64,000 nucleotides of DNA from Turneriella sp. (GTDB taxonomy: Bacteria; Spirochaetota; Leptospiria; Turneriellales; Turneriellaceae), in assembly GCA_965279515.1 (NCBI GenBank), contig CBDIID010000003.1, positions 2,304,001 to 2,368,000 on the forward strand. The letters run 5' to 3'. A program made the position numbers and the translations under genes. Shown piece after piece: positions 1 to 9,091 of this stretch; the first letter of the stretch is position 1; each line of letters begins with the position of its first letter. The notes under the pieces are model-generated. The model ran no database searches and was not told the origin of the DNA. It worked only from the letters and a program-made list of their open reading frames with translations.

Positions 1-1379
1 GTTCTACACCAGGGCGTCTGCTTTGGTACAAACGCAACGACTTTGCCCTTTCAATAGATCAGCAGGCAACCTTTGATTGGAATGTGCATTCTGCAACGAA
101 CGTGGGGATTTTTGGCGAGTACGCTAAAGTCTCAAACTGGAATACCAATGACACTTCGCTTAGTAAGTGGAATGGGACCGCTTTTACTCAACGTTACCTA
201 GACGAACGTAAAGGCAGCTTTGACGGCAATGGCAAGGTAACGGATGAAGGTGTCGGCCCCGAGGATAAAGATGAGGTCTACTTTAAACAATATAACTTCG
301 CTGCTTACGCGCAACATAGCGAAACCTTTTTTCAACAGTTGAAATTTACGATCGGTGGCCGCGGGGATCTATTCGTGTTAAAAGGACAAGAAGGTCCTCA
401 ACCGATCGGCGTAGCCGCAACTTCAACTTGTGCAAGCTGTGACACAAGTACGGTTTATTCCGATGCGCAGGCCGGGGCCGCGGGAGCGCAACTTAAGCGA
501 AGTGGAATCTATTATAATATAAGTGACGTCAATGTAAATGTCTTCTCACTAAATCCCCGAATCGGCATAGTCTGGAACCCCAATCAGACGCATACAGTGA
601 AACTACTCCATGGCTGGGCTTTCCGAAACCCAACAGTGCGCGAACGATTCTCCCTATCCAGCAGCCGGATTCCGATAGGTGCAGATTTGAAACCGGAACA
701 AATCAAGACAACTGAACTGGGTTACGCAATAAAGCCGCTGAAATTCCTGCGGGCCGAAATCGATGGCTTCTGGTCTGAAGTACAGGACCTCATTCAACTT
801 TCGGATTCCAAATTCGGAAAATCCGGCTCGAGTTCGGCGATGACGCAGTTTCAGAACATCGGCTCCGCCCGGCTTTTGGGTTTTGAAATCAAAACCGATA
901 TCGCCCTCATACAGACGAAGCCCCTGAGCATGCTATTATTCCTTAACTATTCGTTCCAAAACAACCGCTATCTCGATGTCAGTAGCGCGGGTGCAACATC
1001 ACTCAGCCATGAGAACGATCGTCCGGGAGATACGCAAAATTCTTATCAGATGCCGAGGGTATCGCAGCATAAGGCGAATATTGGTATCACCTTATATATT
1101 CAGCGCTATTTCTCTATCTCCCCCATCTTTCATTATGTGGGAGCCCGCCCGAACGTGATTACCAGTCCGGTAAATTATATACCCGCTTATGGCTTGGTTA
1201 ACCTCAGCCTCGGCTACCATAATCCAAAGAACGATTGGGATGCTTCAATTTATATTTTTAATCTTTTAGATCAGGACATCAACGACCCTGGAACGCGGGA
1301 TGCCAGCGGTGTCTATTACTCCGCCATGCGTCCCGAGGCGCGCCTCACAATCTGGGCAAAACTTACCTACAAAATATGA
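1..1379 (+). CDS. TonB-dependent outer-membrane receptor, C-terminal beta-barrel (5' part outside window)
   Basis: Motifs NPRIGIVWNP..HTVKLLHGWAFRNPT, LKPEQIKTTELGY, NIGSARLLGFE, YIFNLLD; ends in amphipathic beta-strand WAKLTYKI. Confidence 0.85.
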   Translation, partial: STPGRLLWYKRNDFALSIDQQATFDWNVHSATNVGIFGEYAKVSNWNTNDTSLSKWNGTAFTQRYLDERKGSFDGNGKVTDEGVGPEDKDEVYFKQYNFAAYAQHSETFFQQLKFTIGGRGDLFVLKGQEGPQPIGVAATSTCASCDTSTVYSDAQAGAAGAQLKRSGIYYNISDVNVNVFSLNPRIGIVWNPNQTHTVKLLHGWAFRNPTVRERFSLSSSRIPIGADLKPEQIKTTELGYAIKPLKFLRAEIDGFWSEVQDLIQLSDSKFGKSGSSSAMTQFQNIGSARLLGFEIKTDIALIQTKPLSMLLFLNYSFQNNRYLDVSSAGATSLSHENDRPGDTQNSYQMPRVSQHKANIGITLYIQRYFSISPIFHYVGARPNVITSPVNYIPAYGLVNLSLGYHNPKNDWDASIYIFNLLDQDINDPGTRDASGVYYSAMRPEARLTIWAKLTYKI

Positions 1380-2728
1380 GAATAATCCATCGACGCACAG
1401 CAGTTGTCATTTGCGTGGGACTCTGTTTGTTTTCCATCCGGGTCAGCCATGCCGAAAAAGATAAGCAGGTCTTCATCGTTTACGAAAAAGGTTCCCGCTT
1501 CCAGGAAATCACGCTCGATGGCATACAAAGCCGGCTAACCAATACAAAAGCCGTCATTCTGGGTGACGACTCACCCCTGAAGAATTGCGACGACGGCAAT
1601 ACCGCGGCGGTGATCGCCATTGGTAAACCCTCACTGGACAAGTCCCTGGAGAGCTGCAAAACGACCCCGGTGATTTTTTCCCTGGTTTCGGCACCACGAT
1701 TCAGCGATTACCGCTCGCACCATAACATAACCGGCGTCAGTTTCGACCTTTCGTTCAGATTATTCCTCGCGGAATTCCAGAAGGTCATGAAACCGGGTTC
1801 CCGCATCGGCTTCATCTACAGCTCACCGCAGAACGAGTTCCTAACAACGGAAATTGACTATGTGGAAGGCGACTTTAATTTCACGGGCGTGCGCGTGAAG
1901 ATTGAGAACCGCGAACAGATTGGCGCAAAAATCAAACAACTCATCGAAGAAGAAAAGGTAAAAGCCATCTGGGTCTTACCCGACCCGCTCTACAATCAGG
2001 CGATCTTCCGCAAACTCGCCGATCTCTGCAGCGAGAAGGGAGTCCTGCTCGTCACAAATTTCGAAGTCCTGGTCACGGAAGCGGGCGCAGCCATCGCGCT
2101 CGCGCCCAGCTATTTCGATACCGGCGTACAGACCGCCGAAATGGCGCAGAAGGTCATCAGCGGCACAAATCCATCGGACATTGCCTACCAGAGACCGCGG
2201 CAATCCGGTGTTTACCTGAACCTCAAGCTTTTCCAGGAATTAAAGATCGACCTGCCGGATGATCTGCGCTTCAAGGAAAAAGTGACGACCCTGCTCAACG
2301 ACGCGCAAGAACTACAAAAAGACGGCAGCACCGGCAGCGCGCTGGCGAAATTCCGCGAAGTTCTGAAATATGACAAAAAAAACGCGACGGCGACGTACTT
2401 TGTAAACTCCATTGAAGCAAAAAGCAACCTGAGCGCTGCGTATGGGCGTATTCAAAGCGGCAACCGGCGCGGCGCAATACCGCTGCTGATCGCCGCAGGG
2501 CGTTTTTTGCCCGAGGCGCGCAGTCGTCTCGCTTCATTGCGCGCCGAAATGCGCGGCGAGGTCGGCGGCATCTTCGAACAAGGCGTGGCGCAGTTCAAAA
2601 ATAAAAAATACCGGGAATGCATTAATACGATGAACCTCGTGCTGATGATCGACCCGGGAAACCGTGAAGCCGAAATATATAAGGAGAAGTCCGGAAAACG
2701 CGCGAAAGCCGTTTCGGCAATACACTGA
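1376..2728 (+). CDS. Periplasmic ABC-type substrate-binding-fold protein with C-terminal TPR-like repeats
   Basis: Signal peptide; VIAIG, PVIFSLVS.P, NITGVS, RIGFIYS, AIWVLPD, GVQTAEMAQKVISG..PSDI resemble the ABC_sub_bind family; helical TPR-like tail; ATGA overlap with receptor. Confidence 0.75.
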   Translation: MRIIHRRTAVVICVGLCLFSIRVSHAEKDKQVFIVYEKGSRFQEITLDGIQSRLTNTKAVILGDDSPLKNCDDGNTAAVIAIGKPSLDKSLESCKTTPVIFSLVSAPRFSDYRSHHNITGVSFDLSFRLFLAEFQKVMKPGSRIGFIYSSPQNEFLTTEIDYVEGDFNFTGVRVKIENREQIGAKIKQLIEEEKVKAIWVLPDPLYNQAIFRKLADLCSEKGVLLVTNFEVLVTEAGAAIALAPSYFDTGVQTAEMAQKVISGTNPSDIAYQRPRQSGVYLNLKLFQELKIDLPDDLRFKEKVTTLLNDAQELQKDGSTGSALAKFREVLKYDKKNATATYFVNSIEAKSNLSAAYGRIQSGNRRGAIPLLIAAGRFLPEARSRLASLRAEMRGEVGGIFEQGVAQFKNKKYRECINTMNLVLMIDPGNREAEIYKEKSGKRAKAVSAIH

Positions 2729-2729
2729 T

Positions 2730-4853
2730 ATGAACAGAATATCCATCAAGCTCGCATTGACAGTCCTGATCGTGGCGGTCGTCGCCGCGATTCCGCTGTC
2801 GATGTATATACTGCTGAAACAAGAAAAAGAAAAGATCGAATCGACGATTGCGATCGGCCGGGGTAATACAAAGCTGCTCGGTAAAACCATGCTCGATGTT
2901 TTTCTCAAATCGGGTGGTGAACCAAATTCAATGCGCATCGATGCCGAAGAGGCGATGAACACGTACCGTGACCAGTTTGAATTGGGGCTTGTGTTCGGAC
3001 AGACGCTGATGCTCAGCAAACAACACCGCGGCCTGATCATGGCATCTTTGGATAAAAACGCCGTCGATAAGGTTAAGAAAGCCGAAGCAGGGAAGGAAAA
3101 ACCAGCCGCGACCAGCCGGAAGGAAGATGAAATCAGCAACTTCCTGAAATATGAAGAGAACCACTCCGGCCCCTGTTTTAACAACCCGGCGGAAAAATGT
3201 TATAATTTTTCATACGTGGCAAAATATGAAAAGACGCCGGTCATTCTTTCTGTCATGTCGATTTCAGAAAAACATGTCCTGGACCCTATCCACCGCCTGC
3301 GGTTGCTGATCTACATCAGCGCCGGGGTTGCCGTCGTGCTCGCCCTCATCCTGGGCGTGGGGGTTTCACGCTTCATCACTGGCCCGATTACCGCGCTGGT
3401 CGAAGGCGTGCACCGGTATACGAAGGGTGATCTTGATTATAAGGTGGATATCCGCGTCAAAGACGAGCTCAAGACCCTCGGCACGGCCTTCAACGACATG
3501 GCCGACCAGATCGCCACGAAAATCCGGGAGATCGAAGACCACCGCGACAACCTCGAAGTGAAAGTGGAGGAGAGAACCTCGGAACTGCGCACGGCCCTCA
3601 CCGAAGTTTCGAAACTCAAGGAACAACAGGATGCAGACTATTACCTGACAACTTTTCTTTTCAAACCGCTGTGCATTAACCGCAATTCGTCGGAATACGT
3701 TACAACTGAATTTTTTCTCAAGCAAAAAAAGGAATTTTCATTCCGCGATAAAAAAGGAGAGATCGGCGGCGACATCTGCATCACGGCCAACCTGTTGTTC
3801 CGCGAAGCCGACGGCAAGGTCAACCGCTACCTGTTCGCCACCAATGCCGACGCGATGGGCAAATCGATCCAGGGTGCAGGCGGCGCCATCGTCTATGGCA
3901 CGGCGATCAATACCATCATCGCTTCGTCCACTGCCAACAACCGCGTGCTCGAGACTTCGCCGCGCGAATGGCTGATGCGTATGTACCGCGAACTCCACAA
4001 TATTTTCCTGTCTTTCGACGGCTCCATGCTCGTTTCAGGTGTCTTTATGCTGCTCAATGAGCATAACGGCAATGCATACTACATCAATGCCGAACATCCG
4101 TGGACGATTTTGTTCCGCGACAACAAGCCCGAGTTTATCGAGCAGGATCTCATGCTGCGCAAACTCGGCGCCGATATTCCGGGGCATACGCTGACGGTGA
4201 AAGAATTCTCATTCCGTGTCGGCGATGTCTTGTTTCTTGCATCTGACGGTCGCGACGACATTGTTCTCAAAGAAGCCGAGAACGGCCAGAACCGCATTAT
4301 CAATGAAGATGAAAAAGCCATTCTGGATATCATTCTGCAGGGTAGCGGCAGCCTGCAGAAGACCGTCGAAACCCTGCAGAGCTCGGGCGGATTCTCCGAC
4401 GATTTATCGATGATTCGTATCGAGGTTTTGGGTTTCAACCCGGAACCCATTGAGCGGCAACGCATCACGGAAAATGCCCGCAAGTCCGTAAAAGAACGCC
4501 TGTCCGAAATCAAACTCCTCATCCAGAGAAAAGATTTCGCGGGCGCCGCGACCGCGCTGCAATCGACTTCATCGGAACTCAATATCGAAAATGTTCCGCA
4601 GTATTACATCCTGCTCAGCCGCATACAGCTGAACGACGGACAACTGCACCTGGCACGCGAGAGCCTTGAAAAGGCGCTGCGGCTCGGGCATGAAGCGGCG
4701 CCGACTTATAAATCACTGGGCAATGTATTCTATAAGCTCAAGATGAAAAAAGAAGCTGTCGAGGCATGGGAAAAAGCCATGCTCTTAAACCCCGAAGACA
4801 GATCGTTGCGTAACTTGCTCGACGAAGTACAAGCTCAAGCCGTTACGGGCTAA
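2730..4853 (+). CDS. Membrane sensor: HAMP + SpoIIE/PP2C phosphatase + TPR
   Basis: Two TM segments, HAMP (PITALVEGV..DELKTLGTAFNDM), PP2C motifs IGGD, DAMGKSIQGA, NAEHP, SDG, DDLS; start reset to ATG 2730 just after upstream stop. Confidence 0.9.
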   Translation: MNRISIKLALTVLIVAVVAAIPLSMYILLKQEKEKIESTIAIGRGNTKLLGKTMLDVFLKSGGEPNSMRIDAEEAMNTYRDQFELGLVFGQTLMLSKQHRGLIMASLDKNAVDKVKKAEAGKEKPAATSRKEDEISNFLKYEENHSGPCFNNPAEKCYNFSYVAKYEKTPVILSVMSISEKHVLDPIHRLRLLIYISAGVAVVLALILGVGVSRFITGPITALVEGVHRYTKGDLDYKVDIRVKDELKTLGTAFNDMADQIATKIREIEDHRDNLEVKVEERTSELRTALTEVSKLKEQQDADYYLTTFLFKPLCINRNSSEYVTTEFFLKQKKEFSFRDKKGEIGGDICITANLLFREADGKVNRYLFATNADAMGKSIQGAGGAIVYGTAINTIIASSTANNRVLETSPREWLMRMYRELHNIFLSFDGSMLVSGVFMLLNEHNGNAYYINAEHPWTILFRDNKPEFIEQDLMLRKLGADIPGHTLTVKEFSFRVGDVLFLASDGRDDIVLKEAENGQNRIINEDEKAILDIILQGSGSLQKTVETLQSSGGFSDDLSMIRIEVLGFNPEPIERQRITENARKSVKERLSEIKLLIQRKDFAGAATALQSTSSELNIENVPQYYILLSRIQLNDGQLHLARESLEKALRLGHEAAPTYKSLGNVFYKLKMKKEAVEAWEKAMLLNPEDRSLRNLLDEVQAQAVTG

Positions 4854-5629
4854 TGCACGTATTCATCACAGGGGCCGCGACCGGTATCGGCGAGGCGACC
4901 ATCGACCGCTGGCTTGAAAAAGAGCCCGCGTCTTCGTTTACCATTGCCGACAAGAATGAAGTGGCACTCGCCGCGGTCTGTAAAAAACTTGGAGGCCGTG
5001 GCATCAAGGTTCACGGCATTCAGGCCGATCTGACGCAGCTCGAAAAAATTCCCGCGGTCGTCAAAGAATCGCTCGATAAAATGGGCCCGATCGACGTGCT
5101 CATCAACAATGCGGGCATCATGCTGGTTGAAGATTTCTCACAGATGACCTGGGAAAAAGGCAAGCTGATGCTCGACATCAACCTGACGGCGCCGCTGCGG
5201 CTCATCTATGAGATTCTGCCGCATATGATAAAGCGGCAGTCAGGCGGCATCATCAATATCGCAAGTATGGCGGGCAAGGCGCTGTTGCCGGGCTGTACCT
5301 GGTATGGCGCCTCGAAGGCCGGTATTGGCCATGCCTCAGAGATACTCTATAGTGAGGTGAAACCTCAGGGCATACACGTGCTGACGGTTTACCCCGGCCC
5401 CATTGCCACCGAGCTTGAAAAGGGCGCGCGGCAGGGCTATGAAGACAGCTGGATCACGCAGATGATGCCGGTAGGCGACCGTTACAAGCTCGCTGAGAAG
5501 ATCGTGGGCGCTTATTTCAGAAAGGATGCCGTCCTCGCCTACCCTGAAATCTATGATACCGCGCGGCACTTTCACTCCCTCGCTGGTTGGTTCGTGCGTA
5601 TTTTCGGACCGAAGACACGCGCGGCGTAG
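4853..5629 (+). CDS. Short-chain dehydrogenase/reductase
   Basis: TGAATGIG, NNAG, YGASK. Confidence 0.92.
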   Translation: MHVFITGAATGIGEATIDRWLEKEPASSFTIADKNEVALAAVCKKLGGRGIKVHGIQADLTQLEKIPAVVKESLDKMGPIDVLINNAGIMLVEDFSQMTWEKGKLMLDINLTAPLRLIYEILPHMIKRQSGGIINIASMAGKALLPGCTWYGASKAGIGHASEILYSEVKPQGIHVLTVYPGPIATELEKGARQGYEDSWITQMMPVGDRYKLAEKIVGAYFRKDAVLAYPEIYDTARHFHSLAGWFVRIFGPKTRAA

Positions 5630-5648
5630 AATTAGCTTGTTTCGCCGA

Positions 5649-5793
5649 GGTTGCCGAAAAGCGTGAAAACCGGAAGCCTCGCCGTTTGCTAAGGCAAACG
5701 GCTGCTAAAGCGCTACGCGACTTGGTTGCCAAGTCGCTCCGCTGCTTCCGGTTTTCAGTGCCTGCAAATTCGGCGGCTCGCTTTTCGGCAACC
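5649..5793. repeat. Multi-stem palindromic intergenic element (MITE/REP-like), family A
   Basis: Perfect 15-bp terminal IR GGTTGCCGAAAAGCG, nested 14-bp IR TGAAAACCGGAAGC, two 9-bp hairpins; shares motifs with 46580-46689. Confidence 0.75.
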
Positions 5794-5860
5794 CTGCTTA
5801 TGTCTCATCGCACACTGCTTTTTTCTCATGTAACTACTGCGAGTCCACCGAGAATAAAGG

Positions 5861-6094
5861 GTGGATCTGAGCATACGCGTCTATGAGAAAGAGGGGGAAT
5901 TTGTCGCCTCTTGCCCCGAGCTCGACGTGTATACCTATGGCAACGATGCCGAAGAGGCGCGCCGCCGTCTGCGCCATGTTATCGCCTTTTACGCTTCAAC
6001 CGCACAGGATTTAGGCTACAAGATCGACGCTTCGGAATTACTCTCGAACCTGCAAAAACCGGCGCTGCCGCGCGGCGAATCTTTTTTGAACTAG
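5861..6094 (+). CDS. HicB-like antitoxin-fold small protein (no adjacent hicA)
   Basis: FVASCPELDVYTYGNDAEEARRRL matches the HicB N-terminal pattern. Confidence 0.7.
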   Translation: MDLSIRVYEKEGEFVASCPELDVYTYGNDAEEARRRLRHVIAFYASTAQDLGYKIDASELLSNLQKPALPRGESFLN

Positions 6095-7206
6095 GCCTGC
6101 TCGCGCCGCAGCGCGCTGAGCAGCATCCCACACATAATCAGGTAAACCAAGAGGGATGTACCCCCGTTGGATACCAGCGGCAGGTTAATGCCCTTGGTAG
6201 GCAAAAGCCCCATCGTCACGCCGCTGTTGATAATGACCTGAATGATCAGACACAGCAAGAAGCCCGTCGCCATGAGGCGCATGAAATCATCTTTGAGGCG
6301 TGAGGCGAGAATAATGCCGTAGATCGAAATTAAAAAATACGTGCCGATCAGTAAAATCACACCCAGCGCACCCAAGTCTTCGGCAACGATCGCCAGAATG
6401 AAGTCGGTGTGGCGTTCTTGCAGGTGGTGGCGCACCAGCTCTTCGCCCAGACCTTTTCCCGTGAGGCCACCCGCGAGAAAGGCTTTCATTGAAGCCACAA
6501 GCTGAAAGCCGGCGTCGTAACGCGCCTCCCAGGGATCGAGAAAGGCCTTGATACGCGTCAGACGGAATGGTGTTTTAACAATGATATAGGAAACCGCGGC
6601 AACAACGGCAACCAGCGCCATGAGCTGCATCGACAGCGGATACCGCGTAAAAAAAAGCAGGGCACTGCCAACGAGTACGAGATGGATTGCAGTACCCAGA
6701 TCTTGTTCGATGGCGATGAGAAAGGCCGGCACCGCGATGACGAGCAGCGTCATGAGGCTCAGCCTTAAATCCACCTCTTTCGCCTGCGAATAGATGCGGG
6801 CGAGCACCAGCACCAATGCAACCTTGGCAAAGTCTGACGGCTGAATCGAGAGGCCGGCGATAACGATCCAGCGGTTGGCGCCACCCGCGCGCCGGCCGAT
6901 GCCGGGTACAAATACCAGGATGAGCAGAATCACCGCAATGCCGTAGATCGGCCACACGAGATGGCGGTAACGGTCGGGGTCGATCTGCGTCATCGCCAGC
7001 ATACCGAGAAAACCCAGGAAGGCCGCGAAGGCCTGTTTTTTCAGAAAGAAATACGGATCGCTGAACTGCTCGCGCGCCATGAACGACGACGAGGCCAGCA
7101 GAATGTTGAGCCCGAATGCCACAAGCGCAATGATGAGACCGAAAAGAAAAAGATCGGTCGGGTTGACCTGAATACCGTGGCGCGATGAATCCGAAACCTT
7201 GGCCAT
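6091..7206 (-). CDS. ftsW: SEDS peptidoglycan glycosyltransferase FtsW
   Basis: GANRWI, SIQPSDFAK, DLGT, HTDFILAIVAEDLG, LLPTKGINLPLVSNGGTS. Confidence 0.88.
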   Translation of the reverse strand: MAKVSDSSRHGIQVNPTDLFLFGLIIALVAFGLNILLASSSFMAREQFSDPYFFLKKQAFAAFLGFLGMLAMTQIDPDRYRHLVWPIYGIAVILLILVFVPGIGRRAGGANRWIVIAGLSIQPSDFAKVALVLVLARIYSQAKEVDLRLSLMTLLVIAVPAFLIAIEQDLGTAIHLVLVGSALLFFTRYPLSMQLMALVAVVAAVSYIIVKTPFRLTRIKAFLDPWEARYDAGFQLVASMKAFLAGGLTGKGLGEELVRHHLQERHTDFILAIVAEDLGALGVILLIGTYFLISIYGIILASRLKDDFMRLMATGFLLCLIIQVIINSGVTMGLLPTKGINLPLVSNGGTSLLVYLIMCGMLLSALRREQA

Positions 7207-8310
7207 TTACGCCTGAACTCCCGAGGCAAGCGATTCACCGGCGCGCATTTTAGCTTCGCGTTCGGCGAGAATCAGTGCGCCGATGATGCCGTCGAGTTTG
7301 CCGTCCATCACCTGGTCCAGGTTGTGCGAAGTGAAATTGATGCGGTGGTCGGTGACGCGGTTCTGAGGAAAGTTATAGGTGCGAATCTTCTCGCTGCGAT
7401 CGCCCGAACCGACTTGCGCCTTTTTCTCGGTGGCATATTTTTCTGCCGCTTCAGAGCGCTGCTTTTCGACGAGCTTTGACATGAGGGCCTTCATAGCCTT
7501 CGCGCGGTTCTTGATCTGCGATTTTTCTTCCTGGCAGCCGACGACGATGCCGCTGGGCAAGTGTGTGATGCGCACCGCAGACTCGGTCTTATTGACGTGC
7601 TGGCCGCCGGCGCCTGACGAACGGAAGACGTCGATGCGCAGGTCATTCGGGTTGATAGTGATTTCGTCTTCGTCGGCTTCGGGGATCACGGAGACGGTAA
7701 CCGCAGAGGTATGGATGCGCCCGTTGGCCTCGGTGGCCGGTATACGCTGCACGCGGTGTGTGCCCGCCTCGAGATGCAGCATATCATAGGCACTCGTGCC
7801 GCTGACGTAGATGATGGCTTCTTTCAGGCCGCCGACGCCGGTTTCGCTGAGATCCTGTATTTCATACTTCACGCCCTCGGCGTCGAGATAGCGCGTGTAC
7901 ATACGGAACAGGTCGCGCACAAAGAGGCCCGCCTCATCGCCACCCGTACCCGCGCGTATTTCGAGATAGATATTCTTACCCGAGTCGGCATCCTTCGGAA
8001 TCAGCTCGACCTGCAACTCTTCGGAAAGCTTTGCAAAACGCTCTCTGAGATCGGAAAGTTCGGCGGCGAGGATGGATTTCATTTCCGCGTCTTTTTCAGC
8101 CAGCCAGCCGGTCTCGCACTCCGCGGTCTGGGTTTTCAGCGACAGCCAGGTCTCGGCGAGTTCCGCGGTTTTCATGAGCCGCGCGCGTTCGCGCGAAAGC
8201 TCTGTCAGGCGCTTGTTATCGGCGGCGACCTGCGGGTCGGCCATGCGCTCTTCAATCGCACGGAAGCTCGAGACAATCGCGCGCAGGTTGTTTTCGTTTA
8301 ATTCTGCCAT
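7207..8310 (-). CDS. prfA: Peptide chain release factor 1
   Basis: EIRAGTGGDEA, PxT motif (RIPATE), GGQHVNKT; start taken at ATG 8310 downstream of the tRNA. Confidence 0.97.
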   Translation of the reverse strand: MAELNENNLRAIVSSFRAIEERMADPQVAADNKRLTELSRERARLMKTAELAETWLSLKTQTAECETGWLAEKDAEMKSILAAELSDLRERFAKLSEELQVELIPKDADSGKNIYLEIRAGTGGDEAGLFVRDLFRMYTRYLDAEGVKYEIQDLSETGVGGLKEAIIYVSGTSAYDMLHLEAGTHRVQRIPATEANGRIHTSAVTVSVIPEADEDEITINPNDLRIDVFRSSGAGGQHVNKTESAVRITHLPSGIVVGCQEEKSQIKNRAKAMKALMSKLVEKQRSEAAEKYATEKKAQVGSGDRSEKIRTYNFPQNRVTDHRINFTSHNLDQVMDGKLDGIIGALILAEREAKMRAGESLASGVQA

Positions 8311-8319
8311 AACGGTATT

Positions 8320-8392
8320 TGCTCCCACCCGGAGTCGAACTGGGGTCTTCGCCTTAGGAGGGCGCTGCTCTATCCATCTGAGCTATAGGAGC
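8320..8392 (-). tRNA. tRNA-Arg (anticodon CCT), no encoded CCA
   Basis: Reverse complement GCTCCTATAGCTCAGATGGATAGAGCAGCGCCCTCCTAAGGCG...GTTCGACTCCGGGTGGGAGCA folds as a cloverleaf; loop CTCCTAA. Confidence 0.92.
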
Positions 8393-8401
8393 CGTAGGCT
8401 G

Positions 8402-9091
8402 CTATAGCTCTCCTTGAGCGCTATAGGAGCGTGCACTCAAAACGGATAAAAGAGAGCCGCGGACAATCATATATTGAATCACTGAAGCTAAGGCTTTTCC
8501 GCGGTGACTGTCGCTTATCTTCTCTGCAACATCCGTTTCACCCCATGTGGGCCCACCCAAGACCGGGCAGAAAATCGGGTCGTAACCGAAACCCTTAGTA
8601 CCTCTTGCCTGTTCGGCGACATAGCCATCCTTGCGGCCAAAAAAGAAAGTGGGATCTCCCCCGGCGTCGATGAGCACCATACAGGCGACAAATCGGGCCC
8701 GACGCTTTTCCGGGGGCATGCCCTCTAACGCCGTCAGAATTTTTGCACAGCGCGTTTTGTCGTCCGGCGCAAAACGCGCCGAATAGACGCCCGGGGCGCC
8801 CGCCAATGCCTCGACCTCAAAACCCGAATCTTCGGCCAATACCCACGGATGGATTTGGGCCGACGCCGGCACGGAATGCGTCTTTGCGTCGGCCAGCGGC
8901 ATAAGAGCCTTCGCCTTAATCAGTGCATTGGCGGAATACGTCGTACCCGTTTCTTCGGCGCTGTAGGCGGCGCGTTTTTCCGCACTGAGATCTGCGACCG
9001 ACAGCACCTCGGTTTCAGGCAAAGCCGCGGAAATAATCGCGCGCATTTCGCGGATCTTACCGGCATTCTCGGTGGCGATATAGATTCTCAT
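8402..9091 (-). CDS. rdgB: Non-canonical purine NTP pyrophosphatase (RdgB/HAM1)
   Basis: ATENAGKIRE, EDSG, GAPGVYSARFA, GFGYDPIF, SHRGKA. Confidence 0.93.
   Translation of the reverse strand: MRIYIATENAGKIREMRAIISAALPETEVLSVADLSAEKRAAYSAEETGTTYSANALIKAKALMPLADAKTHSVPASAQIHPWVLAEDSGFEVEALAGAPGVYSARFAPDDKTRCAKILTALEGMPPEKRRARFVACMVLIDAGGDPTFFFGRKDGYVAEQARGTKGFGYDPIFCPVLGGPTWGETDVAEKISDSHRGKALASVIQYMIVRGSLLSVLSARSYSAQGEL

Noticed and set aside
5587..5886. 99-aa ORF over the family A repeat
   Set aside because: Translation of palindromic DNA with no protein features
7560..7645. Near-identical DNA in prfA and prfB (32800-32880)
   Set aside because: Explained by conservation of the GGQ domain, not a mobile repeat
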